NCBI GenBank assembly: GCA_020137815.1
Contig: CM035359.1
Span: forward strand, 2,294,001 to 2,358,000
Source of the DNA: Hormiphora californensis
Lineage: Eukaryota; Animalia; Ctenophora
Reading direction: 5' to 3'
DNA length: 64,000 bases
Part shown: piece by piece, positions 48,701 through 60,559 of the stretch
Layout: every line of letters starts with the position of its first letter
Numbering within the stretch: the first letter of the stretch is position 1
The notes under the pieces: model-generated
Told to the model about the DNA's origin: nothing
Databases searched by the model: none
What the model saw: only the letters and a program-made list of their open reading frames with translations
Made by a program: the position numbers and the translations under genes

Positions 48701-51405
48701 AAGCGTCTATCCTACCTGAGCCACCTGAGCCATTTAGAGCACGTGACTCACCAAGAGGTCAAATCAAAAATTTTTCACTTCACTTTTTTTTCACTTCACT
48801 TTTTTTTTCACTTCACTTTTTTCACTTCACTTTTTTTTTCACTTCACTTTGTTTTCACTTCACTTTTTTTTCACTTCACTTTTTTTCACTTCACTTTTTT
48901 TTCACTTCACTTTTTTTTCACTTCACTTTTTTCACTTCACTTTTTTTTCACTTCACTTATTTTTCACTTCACTTTGTTTTCACTTCACTTTTTTTCCACT
49001 TCACTTATTTTTCACTTCACTTTGTTTTCACTTCACTTTTTTTCACTTCACTTTGTTTTCACTTCACTTTTTTTTCACTTCACTTTGTTTTCACTTCACT
49101 TTTTTTTCACTTTTAGTTCGCTTTTTATAATTTAACACAGAAATTCAACATGAGCCATTTGGAGCACCATAGAGGACAGTGAAAAGCATACAACAGCCAT
49201 CCGTGCGCAAGAACCAAACGAAACATTTTGGTGTGACTGGGTTTGGTGCTTCGAAAGAATTCTTTCGAAGATCTTGGTGTGATCGCGCCCTTACCATGGT
49301 GAATGAAGAATAGAGTTGGACCATGCAGAGGTAAAACAATTCAAGAACAGTACGAAATCAAAGCATAGCTTTAACAAAACAGAGGTGGTTGATCTATATT
49401 ATACCTACCATCGAATATAGGTTTACCTACCCGTTCATTGATGGAAAAGCGAGAAGGCTGGCAAAGGAGTCTTTACACTGTTTGTGACACGCCTGGCCCT
49501 AAAATCAGACAAGATTGTCATAATACGATCTGGGAGTATAGTTCTCACTACTATTATACAGACACTCAAATGAAATGGTTCTAGCCCCTAACAACTACTC
49601 AAATCAATTAAGGTTCACGCCCCTGCACAGGTGATAATATTTAAAACATACCCTAAGTAAACCGGGTTTTCAGTTTCCGGGTTTGTAGGGAATTAAATTT
49701 TTAGGGGCCTTAACCGGGTTGGGGGGGTTTTTTCAGGCGGGGGGGGGGGAAAAAAAAGGGGGAAAGATAATTTTTTTTTAAAGACTCATGGGTTTTGTAA
49801 CCCTTTTTTTGGAACAAATTTTTTTACTGTAATATATATGGAATGGCACTCGAAGAGTGGACTTGATTTAAGAATTATTTGTCCCTCTTCTTCTTTTGTG
49901 AATTTACTTACAAAAAATTGCCTGACTTAGATGTGTTTACAGATTAGCTCGTTCACAATGACTTTGAATCACACGGTGTTATGATATTATTGGCAGCTAG
50001 GAGGTTTCGGAATTGACACGCGAAACAAATCCTCGGCACGAGCCACAGCTTTTCCCGCCTTTTGAAACACGATTTTAAACATGAACTGGGTTCACAAAAT
50101 AGCTTCCCGACAGAGCTGGCATGGAGATATTGCCAGATGGCAACACACCGATGAAGGGGGTGACAGCTCTTTCAATATAAGGGCTACAGGCCGACATCGA
50201 TGGAATAGGATATAATGTTTTCATCGCCCATGGAGAGGCAATTGTCAGACAATTTGTCTATATCGGGAAGAGGCAGGAGAATAATATACAGAGAGACAAA
50301 TATACCAGATTATGAATATTTTGCCTTTGGGTATCATGCACATATGGGAGTGCAAAAAAAGAAGTGTTTGGAGCAAAATATCCTTAGGATAAGATCCAAG
50401 GAATTGAATTGAAATAAAATCAATCTGAGTTTCCTACCTTCAAGACAAGCCCTCATCAGCCGACACTTTTGCTTCTCGCACATATCTTGACTTCCTGGGT
50501 TGTCGTTAGCACAGGAACACTCAGAAAACCTGAAACAATTTATAGCTGTTACCATGGTTAATAGAGATTCGGAACAATTTTGCCATGGTGAACATAGAGA
50601 TGAAGAATAGAGTTGGACCATGGAGGTAAAACAATTCAAGAACAGTACGAAATCAAAGCATAGCAGAGGTGGTTCTATATTATATTATTATTAATACCTA
50701 CCATCGAATAGGTTGACCTACCCGTTCATTGATGGAAAAGCGAGAAGGCTGGCAAAGGAGTCTTTACACTGTTTGTGACACGCCTGGCCCTGAAATCAGA
50801 TTTTCATGGTCATAATCATACGATCTGGTAGTATAGTTCTCACTACTATAACAGACACTCAAATCAAATGGTTCAAGCCCCTAGCAACTACTCAAATCAA
50901 TTAAGGTTCACGCCCCTGGCAGGTGATTATATCAACACATACCTCTAAGTAAACGTGTTTGCAGTCTGTATAGTATGATTGGTAGAGGGCCTTACAGGTG
51001 GGATTGAGCGCACAGGAAGATATCAGAGACATGCATGTTGTACCTGTGGAACATGTGTTATAGCGAGGTATCTGGTAGGGGTGGAACACCTGGCGCGACC
51101 CCCGCACCAGGTGATATGTCACCAAGTAGGGGTGGAACACGCGTGTAGGGATGGAGCAATGTTAAACGGAGTTGGTAGGCTAGGGGGTCGGAACAAGTTG
51201 GAACAAGTTGGTAGGAGCTAGGGTGAAGAGAGTGAATGGTGGTTGACTTGGTTTACAATGCCGCGGTTCATGAGGGATTTATAGAATGTAACCGCATGTC
51301 ATCGCATTACACATGGAATTTATCTTAATTATTGGTAAAATTTGATTTAGTACCTTCGACGATGTTTGGTAGAAGTGCTGTAAGAGTCAGCAAAAACAAA
51401 ATCAT
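39230..51405 (-). CDS. Multi-exon protein: signal peptide, 3 GDNF-receptor-alpha/GAS1-like Cys-rich domains, ZP domain, GPI-like tail
   Basis: Exons: 51405-51354 (MILFLLTLTALLPNIVEG), ~51043-50943 (CMSLISSCALNPTCKALYQSYYTDC), ~50789-50721 or 49498-49431 (GQACHKQCKDSF), ~47409-47337 (ECSC..MCEKQKCRLMRAC), ~46220-46097, ~45504-45410, ~45276-45186, ~44309-44197, ~43836-43710 (CKLQWDECRHHKECKERY), ~43574-43424 (CTSECKGAV..LWTCQC..NCESIR), ~43091-42974, ~41789-41709, ~41175-41054 (GKCGT..YKN), ~41011-40907, ~40367-40187, ~40000-39924 (RSCYATP), ~39813-39664 (EDGC..QFSFFRMQF), 39502-39370 (VYIHCEVALC), ~39294-39230. One phase conflict near 43091. Confidence 0.8.
41831..41983. mobile_element. Tc1/mariner(pogo)-like MITE
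   Basis: TA|cagtctgaccccgatttaccgg ... ccggtaaatcggggccgactg|TA. Confidence 0.8.
43220..43399. repeat. Two copies of a small ctgtctggcgcc...ggcgccgccatacag hairpin repeat family (also ~1900, 2740, 3260, 6892, 16400)
   Basis: Shared motifs gcgcactgagaatcaaatggggtatggcgccgccatacag and inverted ends. Confidence 0.6.
47431..49290. mobile_element. 1.86-kb foldback element with PIF/Harbinger-type ends
   Basis: TTA|gggcgcgatcacaccaagatct ... agatcttggtgtgatcgcgccc|TTA. Arms extend to a ~150-bp spacer (48199-48350). Empty site gctgTTAccatgg at 50549. Confidence 0.9.
49660..49930. other. Low-quality, garbled sequence joining two versions of the same locus
   Basis: Starts as a degraded copy of 50940-51010 with homopolymer inflation. 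Confidence 0.75.
49939..50960. repeat. Diverged duplicate of 46799-47430 + 49291-49660 (probably the second haplotype)
   Basis: Colinear match with many small indels. It carries the same two exons and lacks the foldback element. Confidence 0.85.
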
Positions 51406-51470
51406 AGCTCTGAAAGAGTGATAGCTTGGTGTTAGAATCTTTCAGCAGAAAACAAACAAATGGGAAGATC

Positions 51471-51740
51471 GATATTCAGAGTTTTTGTTATTCTCTCTGT
51501 GGCTGAACAAATGAATCAGACGGGTATAATGACGCTACCAGTTTCGAGGATCTACCTCTTCATCGGGCTCAAATTAATTTGTTTAAAGTAGTGTTGAAAA
51601 GTTTGAAAACTTTTCAACACTACTTTAAACAAATTAATTTGAGCCCGATGAAGAGGTAGATCCTCGAAACTGGTAGCGTCATTATACCCGTCTGATTCAT
51701 TTGTTCAGCCACAGAGAGAATAACAAAAACTCTGAATATC
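51471..51740. repeat. Perfect 270-bp palindrome (134-bp arms, 2-nt spacer)
   Basis: gatattcagagtttttg...gaaaagttt-ga-aaacttttc...caaaaactctgaatatc. Confidence 0.9.
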
Positions 51741-52023
51741 AAACATGAGGCTAATAAACAGTTATCCGATCACCCAACTGTCTAATGGGAAGATCATATC
51801 AAACGAACAAACAAAATGTGGGAAACCACAATTTGGAACTATCTGTTTAGTAAAATCAACAAATTTAGAAGGTAGAAACTAGGATCATAGCATGAGCACT
51901 GTGAAATGTAAATAGCAAGGGAGGTATTCCGAGTATAAGATTCTAAAACATATAGAATGTGCCTAACGAACTCGACCGACGAAACAAAATAGCACCGTCG
52001 GCTTAGAACCCTAGCTGTCTTTA

Positions 52024-52121
<98 letters not shown>

Positions 52122-52569
52122 CTCTCTCTCATTCTCTCTCCCTCACCCTTACTTCTCCACCACCGTTCTAAGCCTTTCTAAACCCGCTCAGATCTCGCCC
52201 AGTACATGCGGTGCTGAAAGGTTTATTGGGTAGCTATTACAGAAATTATCACGTGACCAAAGTGTAGGCAGTGAGAGTGAGGGAGAAAGGGAGGTAGTGA
52301 GAGAGATGGGGAGAGAGAGAGGGAGAGGAGAGGGAGAGAGACATAAAGAGAGAGGGGAGAGGGATAGAGAGAGAGGGATAGAGAGAGGGATAGAGAGAGG
52401 GGAAGAGGGATAGAGAGAGGGACATAAAGAGAGAGGAAGAGAGGGATAGAGAGAAGGGTGACAGGTGTGTACGTCAATGCGGGGTTCCCTAAGGCGGGCT
52501 TGAGATATCTCTGGTTGGGGTAACAAAAAGACATAGAACAAAATTCATAGATTCCTCGTCAATAAAGGT

Positions 52570-53190
52570 AATTCCTACAATCTTGGTCCCTTCCCCGGGG
52601 GGGGGTTTGGGAAGTTTGGCTTTCATAAAGGAAAATTAAGAATCTGAATCAACTTTTCAGACGAAATTTTTAAAAAAATTCCGTCAAAAATTTGTAAGGT
52701 ATAGTTGAGGGGTTCCAACCCCCAATTCAAAAAAGGCAGTAAACGTTTATAAGAAGTCCCCCCGTTTTTAGGCCCTTATTTGGGGGGTTTTAAAAACTAA
52801 TTACAAAATACCGGATTACCTTTGGTATCTGATATAGCCTTTTTTCGGGCCCTTTTGATTGGGGCTAAAAAAATCACTAATTGTTCCTTTCGCCCTCTCC
52901 TCCTTTTTTTTATATCATTTTTTTTTTCTTCACTCCCCCCTTCCCTTCCCTCCCCCCCCTTTCTCTCTTCCCTACCTCTCTCTCTTCTCCCCTCCCCTTT
53001 CTCTCTCCCCTTTTGCCCCTCCAATTTGGGCCTGGGATAGGCTATCGCTGAAGGAAGCTAGTAAATTCATTCCCATGCACTGAGAACCTTCTAAAACAAC
53101 GTGAGAGAAAGATGAAATAGAAGAAAATTGGGATAGAAAAAATTGGAGGGCGACCCGGGCAAATTTAGGGGGGAAGGAATGTAGACTCAA
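52570..53190. other. Probable low-quality consensus (homopolymer-rich)
   Basis: Abrupt excess of G/C/T/A runs typical of read ends. Confidence 0.55.
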
Positions 53191-55119
53191 TCAGTTATTA
53201 GCCATGTTTTACAATTGATTGGGTGAACAATTCGATGTATTGGAATTTAACATAAGTCTAGTTTGCACAAGACAAGCCCCATGAGAAGTCTAGAGGAAGG
53301 TTAGCTCGCAATATGGTACCACTACTCTCGTTAACACTGAATTATTACTGGCCGAATGTAGAGCATTAATTGAAGCGTTATTCCAAACTCCGACTCAACA
53401 CTTAGCACATAGTTCAGTGTAGACCTACCGACCGATAGAATCTGCTGCGGAATCTGCCGATATGGAGTTATGGGTTCTATAGAAATATCGACAGTCGATA
53501 CCCATCTGGAATTGGTTTCAGTGACGGCTATTCCCTGAGAACTAAGGGAATAGCTGTCACTGAAACATGAGATCTCAGGTCTCGGTGAAAAATAGCGGTG
53601 GCCTGAACCTGAGGTTCAGGCACGACTGTTTTCCCCCAAAGGATCTCTATAAGTATAATTATATTCACAAAAACAAGGCCAAGGTTCACAAGGAAACTAG
53701 AATAGTTGAACATAATTGTTCATGTAACAAGCTTTATACTCAGTCACTGAGTCAGTGAACACGGCGCCGGAGAGGCGAGACTTTAACTAACTGATTTATA
53801 CTCAGTCCTTCAACAACTCCCTTGGTACTTGGGAAAACGCACATGCTGTCTCACTACTGCCCTGAATCATTCAGTGAATGATGGATGTTGTCTTCCAAAA
53901 TCACAGAGAAACTATTGATACTGTCTGTACAGACTCGATGAAATGTGAAAATGTGAGCCTGAAGAAATCTACACAGACTGTAAACATGCTTTTCTCGTGT
54001 AAAGAAATAAAAAAGGGGCGCATTATGATTATCAAACTGTACCAGACTCCAAAAAGAAACATACCAGAGGAAAGACTGAATATGACGAAGAAAAAACAAG
54101 GGGCGACGGTAAAATAAAAAAGTGGTGATGCATATCTCTCTCACTAGGAGACTATGGGTAGAGGGGGAGAGACTGGGTGATGTGAAAAGACTGTCAGCAC
54201 TTTGAACATTGTAACTCTACATCATATATACCTCGAATTGCATCTGACCCTTGGTAGCCATGGTTATGAGAAATAAGGCTTCCTGCATGGTTTAGCCGGG
54301 AATAGACGAAAAAAACTTAATCTGAAGGATTCAATTCCAAACCTACCATATAGTTCAAGATTGTGCTTTTTAACTAAATACATAATACCCCATCGTAAAT
54401 GGCTTCTGATTTTCTAGCACAGTAATTAAGAAAGCCCTTTAAGTCGTGTGAACATTAAACTAGAGCTAAGTCACTTAAGCAGAAAGTAGGGAAAGTAACA
54501 CACTCAAAGGATATCGGGATATACGAAACCCTAAGGTTTCAGATAGAATTTTAACCTGCGCGAGACAAAGTGTCTACTCCTTTCAAAAGAAGCCTTTAAA
54601 ACCTAGCTGCGTGGTAAAAACATCACGAACTACCGCCCAGTTGGTACAACCAAGCACCGAGCCAACAGCATGTCAACAGTTTAACGTGGTTGAGAAACGG
54701 TTCCCGCCCTTTTCACACACCCCAACTTGGAAGGTGTGTGAAAAGACTCACGAGAGCTTCAAACGAGTCAAATTTACAGGGAGGTACTTGTCAGCACTTG
54801 ATGTTTCAAACAGTTTGTAGTTTTGTGTTCACAAGGAACAAGAAAATGAGCAATCGACGCTGCTCGCAAACAATTATAATCATGAGGACTTGCTAAGACG
54901 TTGTGTGTACGAGGGACTAAAACTTAGAGGGACAGAGAAAGGAACGCTCAAGTTTTTGCCCAACTCACATGAGCTAATGGCCAATTATTCATGTCTAGTA
55001 GAATGCCATCCAAAACTATATAGTGCTAACGGTCCGTCTAGTTCGAACATCCCCCATCAGTGGCAATGAGATAGAGAGAGACAAAGAGAGAGAGAGAGGT
55101 AGAGAGACAAAGAGGGAGA

Positions 55120-55262
<143 letters not shown>

Positions 55263-55376
55263 AGATAAAGATAGATACTGATGGAGAGAGGCATGGGAAT
55301 TAGTTGGTGACAGAGCGAGTATAGGAGACCGAGAAGTGGGAATAGCGGGAATGAATGTTTCAGGAAACCTAACAGG

Positions 55377-55456
<80 letters not shown>

Positions 55457-55656
55457 AGTGAGAGAGAGAGAAACAGAGAAAGAAGGGAGAGAGAAGAGAG
55501 GCCCCTATTTTGGTGCACCGCAGCTAGACAGGTGATGACACATGTGTGCGGTGGTGGCCCACTAAACAAGGTGCACGTGCCCATACACAGTTCCTAATCG
55601 GAGCACGCGATATAATTCCCACCACAGCTGTTATAGTTGGCAGAACTGCATGATCT

Positions 55657-57746
55657 TCTGACGTCAGATGGACAGGACGGTCCTCTGACGTCTGATGGAC
55701 AGAACAGTCCTCTGACGTCTGATGGACAGAACGGTCCTCTGACATCTGATGGACAGAACGGTCCTCTAACTTCAGATGGACAGAACAGTCCTCTGACGTC
55801 AGATGGACAGAATGGTCCTCTGACGTCTGATGGTCAGAACAGTCCTCTAACGTCAGATGGACAGAACGGTCCTCTGACGTCAGATGGACAGAACAGTCCT
55901 CTAACTTCAGATGGACAGAACGGTCCTCTGACGTCTGATGGACAGAACGGTCCTCAGTCCTCTGACGTCAGATGGACAGAACAGTCCTCTGACGTCTGAT
56001 GGACAGAACGGTCCTCTGACGTCAGATGGACAGAACGGCCTCCTCTGACGTCAGATGGACAGAATGGTCCTCTGACGTCAGATGGACAGAACGGTCCTCT
56101 GACGTCAGATGGACAGAACGGTCCTCTGACGTCTGATGGACAGAACGGTCCTCTGACGTCTGATGGACAGAACGGTCCTCTGACGTCAGATGGACAGAAC
56201 AGTCCTCTGACGTCAGATGGACAGAACGGTCCTCTGACGTCAGATGGACAGAACGGTCCTCTAACTTCAGATGGACAGAACGGTCCTCTAACTTCAGATG
56301 GACAGAACGGTCCTCTGACGTCAGATGGACAGAACGGTCCTCTGACGTCTGATGGACAGAACGGTCCTCTGACGTCAGATGGACAGAACAGTCCTCTGAC
56401 GTCAGACGGACAGAACGGTCCTCTGACGTCTGATGGACAGAACAGTCCTCTGACGTCAGATGGACAGAACGGTCCTCTGACGTCTGATGGACAGAACGGT
56501 CCTCTGACGTCAGATGGACAGAACAGTCCTCTGAAGTCAGATGGACAGAACGGTCCTCTGACGTCTGATGGACAGAACGGTCCTCTGACGTCAGATGGAC
56601 AGAAAGGTCCTCTGACGTCTGATGGAAAGAACAGTCCTCTGAAGTCAGATGGACAGAACGGTCCTCTGACGTCAGATGGACAGAACAGTCCTCTGAAGTC
56701 AGATGGACAGAACGGTCCTCTGACGTCTGATGGACAGAACGGTCCTCTGACGTCAGATGGACAGAACGGTCCTCTAACTTCAGATGGACAGAAAGGTCCT
56801 CTGACGTCTGATGGACAGAACGGTCCTCTGACGTCTGATGGACAGAACGGTCCTCTGACGGCTGATGGACAGAACGGTCCTCTGACGTCAGATGGACAGA
56901 ACGGTCCTCTGACGTCTGATGGACAGAACGGTCCTCTGACGTCTGATGGACAGAATGGTCTTCTGACGTCAGATGGACAGAACGGTCCTCTGACGTCTGA
57001 TGGACAGAACGGTCCTCTGACGTCTGATGGACAGAACGGTCCTCTGACGTCTGATGGACAGAACGGTCCTCTGACGTCAGATGGACAGAACGGTCCTCTG
57101 ACGTCAGATGGACAGAACGGTCCTCTGACGTCAGATGGACAGAACGGTCCTCGGACGTCAGATGGACAGAACGGTCCTCTGACGTCTGATGGACAGAACG
57201 GTCCTCTGACGTCAGATGGACAGAACGGTCCTCTGACGTCAGATGGACAGAACGGTCCTCTGACGTCAGATGGACAGAACGGTCCTCTGACATCTGATGG
57301 ACCGAACAGTCCTCTGACGGCTGATGGACAGAACAGTCCTCTAACGTCTGATGGACAGAACGGTCCTCTGACGTCTGATGGACAGAACGGTCCTCTGACG
57401 TCAGATGGACAGAACGGTCCTCTGACGTCTGATGGACAGAACAGTCCTCTGACGTCAGATGGACAGAACAGTCCTCTGACGTCAGATGGACAGAACGGTC
57501 CTCTGACGTCTGATGGACAGAACGGTCCTCTGACGTCTGATGGACAGAACGGTCCTCTGACGTCTGATGGACAGAACGGTCCTCTGACGTCTGATGGACA
57601 GAACGGTCCTCTGACGTCTCATGGACAGAACAGTCCTCTGACGTCTGATGGACAGAACGGTCCTCTGACGTCTGATGGACAGAACGGTCCTCTGACGTCT
57701 GATGGACAGAACGGTCCCCTGACGTCTGATGGACAGAACGGCCCTC
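55657..57746. repeat. 27-bp minisatellite (gtcctctgacgtc[a/t]gatggacagaacg) x~77
   Basis: Homogeneous tandem array. It explains the 581-aa SEDRSVHQT ORF. Confidence 0.95.
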
Positions 57747-58765
57747 TTTATTTGACAGGGAACACAAAGGTTGATCATGGCTACGATGTGCCCAATCCTC
57801 TGATGAGAGATGAGTTCAGTAGAATCAGCAAATCACAGAAGCCCAAGTTAAATTGACGAAAGGCGAATTAAGAAAATGAAGAGAATAAGGCAAGATCATG
57901 CAGATACTAAACCGAATTGACACTTGCAGTATACTCTTGCACGCGGCTGGAAATAGCATCTCCCATCTCTCACAAGATGAAGAGCAAAATGATGTGCATG
58001 GAGAAGAATGATTCGTGCAATTGCATTCTGATTAATTCAAATAATATGGCTTGATGCAAAACTAGCAAATAAACCCTCTGACCACCGTTAATAAAATTAA
58101 AAATGCAAGATTGTACGTCAATACCTGATAATTTGGAACCTTGAATATGACACCTCAAATGTTACACTGTATAAATCTCCACTCTCCCCATGTTATACCA
58201 CAGAATTTAACAGTACACAGTTTAACATGAGATTAACTCGACACTCTGACTACAAGCGGGCAACAGAGAATCGATATATACTTGGTGCAGAACTGGGCCA
58301 GCCCTGTGTGTTTGTGTGTGCGTGTGTGTGAGAATGTGTGTTTGTGTCTGTGTCCTATCGCGAAGGTGCTTGTTTTGACGCTGAGTTCTATTAAAAGCAC
58401 AGCATCTTCGCGCGCGCGTGTGTGTCGCTTTGGTGACACGCGCGCGCGTTTTCTGAGATCTGAGAGAGAAGAGCGATTGGTGTTTTGAGAGTGAGTTTTC
58501 TTTTGTCGGAGCGAAGCAACTTTCAAAAGCGTGTGTTCTCTTAGTCAACTGAACTGTAACAATCCTTTACCGTTACTTTTACATTCACAAAAATAAAAGA
58601 CAACGTGTTTACTTTCGCCTTTACGCTCCAGCTGACGGGTACGCCCCATACGTGTCACGAAACCACCCCAAGAACGTCCCTTTCCAAACACCCCCGATTG
58701 CCGTCCTTACTTTACACCATCTGGTGACTTCCAAGGAAACGGACCCATCGAAGTAAACTATCACC

Positions 58766-60559
58766 ATGAATAACCACCGTGCCCACTCACCGGTTGACAG
58801 CCTTGCCGGTGACATTCAACCTGGAATGGTGGCGCGACGTGTCTTGGAGTACTCCACACCACGCAACCGGGATATCCGACTGAATCAGAGTGTTGTTAAT
58901 CGCCAAAGAGCACATTTACCCAATACTTCCGTTGATGCTCAGATCGTTGAACCTCCGAGGGTCAGACGATCGTTGTATGAAAGATCCCTTGACACTACCA
59001 GAAGAGTACCAGAACCGAGAGCCAATGCATCGATCATCAGCCAAGAGCCACTGTCTCAATGGGATACTATCGATCAGTTTGATCTCAACTCCACAGTAGC
59101 TTCCAGTCGACAGGTGCGGCCTAAGAGAGTCTTCAATGGCCGGCAGCATCAACAGAACCAACAACCCAGCAGACTGCAGGACCAGCGTCCGCCAGAATCA
59201 TACCTAGCAGATTTGAACATTTCACGAGTTGATTCAGGCCGAGAATCAGTGATTTTGCAACATGCTGATGCAGTTGCACCAAGGATCATGTCAAGTTCCC
59301 CGAAACGAGAGAATACGAGAGAAAGGATCCGAATCCCTGAAGATAGACCCAAGACGCCAGAAAAAAGAATGTCACGGATTTTGAACCTATCAAGAGCTCC
59401 CAGTCGCCGAAACACTTCATCAACCAAACCAGACATCAAACAGTCATCATCAAGCAAACCGAACGTGCCCATAGCTCCCGCGGTAGCTCCAACAAGTTAC
59501 CCAGTAGCAAATCAACTGAACACGCAACCAACTCAGATCAACCAAAACAGAGCCCCTCTCCCTGGAATAAAACCGCCAAAGTTCAAGGAAGGAAGTTGTC
59601 TGAAATCATACCTGGAAAGGTTTGAGGATTACCTTTCAACGGCGACCGTAAACCCTCAGGATGTGCGTGGAATCCTAATAAACTGTATAAAGTGCGATCA
59701 AACATACAGGCGGATACGCCGCCTGAAGTTCAGCCAGGAAGAAATGGCCGATCCAAATAAGCTGCTCAAGTTCATCCGTGACACCATACTGAACGATGCT
59801 GCCATCGCCGAGACAAATCGTTTGGAGCTAAAGGACATCAAACAAGAAGAATTCGAGTCGGTAACTGATTTCGCAGAGAGAATACACCGGGCAGCAGAAC
59901 TGGCGTTCCCAGATGAATCAGATGATCGTATCAACGCCAACAAGATAGACGCTCTACAAGATGGTCTCCACGACCGTGATGTTGCTAAAGATGTCTGTGA
60001 CTGGAAGAAACAGGATATCGCCTTCGAGACTCTAGTTGCTGAAGCGGAGAGAGCAGCGACCCAGAATAAAATTTTCAAGAGGGGCGGTGCTGAATCTGGA
60101 GCCACAGTCTACGCGATCCGGAACGAGGGACCACGAACGATCCAAAACCCGCCTTACCAGAGAAAGACTTGGAACCCTTGCAAGTTCTGTAAGAAGACGA
60201 ACCACTCAGAATCACACTGTAGGTTCAAGATAATTTGCCAACTATGTGGCCAAGATTTACATGATGCCAAGAACTGTCCCACGATATCGAGCAATATCCA
60301 AGCAAACATGAACCCCGTGCAGACTCTACAAACCACGAACTTCCAACCACAGGCTTTCACAACTGGTAGTAGGAGACAAGCTACACAGTTAATACCTGGA
60401 ACGAGAGAGCATGATAGGGCTAATGGCCTATGCTACATCTGCCACGAGAATGGACACCTTAGCAGAGCTTGCAATAACCGAGGTAGGCAGTTAAACGAGA
60501 GAGCGGTCGGAGATTTGAACAACACGAACACACACCTGAACTCCGGCCGCGTGAACTAA
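58766..60559 (+). CDS. Gag with three CCHC zinc knuckles
   Basis: KPPKF..YLERFEDY, QEEFESVTDFAERI (MHR-like), CKFCKKTNHSESHC, CQLCGQDLHDAKNC, CYICHENGHLSRAC. Confidence 0.9.
   Translation: MNNHRAHSPVDSLAGDIQPGMVARRVLEYSTPRNRDIRLNQSVVNRQRAHLPNTSVDAQIVEPPRVRRSLYERSLDTTRRVPEPRANASIISQEPLSQWDTIDQFDLNSTVASSRQVRPKRVFNGRQHQQNQQPSRLQDQRPPESYLADLNISRVDSGRESVILQHADAVAPRIMSSSPKRENTRERIRIPEDRPKTPEKRMSRILNLSRAPSRRNTSSTKPDIKQSSSSKPNVPIAPAVAPTSYPVANQLNTQPTQINQNRAPLPGIKPPKFKEGSCLKSYLERFEDYLSTATVNPQDVRGILINCIKCDQTYRRIRRLKFSQEEMADPNKLLKFIRDTILNDAAIAETNRLELKDIKQEEFESVTDFAERIHRAAELAFPDESDDRINANKIDALQDGLHDRDVAKDVCDWKKQDIAFETLVAEAERAATQNKIFKRGGAESGATVYAIRNEGPRTIQNPPYQRKTWNPCKFCKKTNHSESHCRFKIICQLCGQDLHDAKNCPTISSNIQANMNPVQTLQTTNFQPQAFTTGSRRQATQLIPGTREHDRANGLCYICHENGHLSRACNNRGRQLNERAVGDLNNTNTHLNSGRVN

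Noticed and set aside
47607-49135. Mirror ORFs MKTRSLDLF... on both strands
   Set aside because: Artefact of the inverted arms and the (CACTT)n satellite.
54560-54720. KNITNYRPV motif suggesting a LINE RT
   Set aside because: Isolated short match surrounded by stops, with no other RT motifs.
56022-57767. 581-aa repetitive ORF, or a CRISPR-like array
   Set aside because: Pure 27-bp tandem repeat with no unique spacers and no cas genes. The ORF is a by-product of a stop-free unit.
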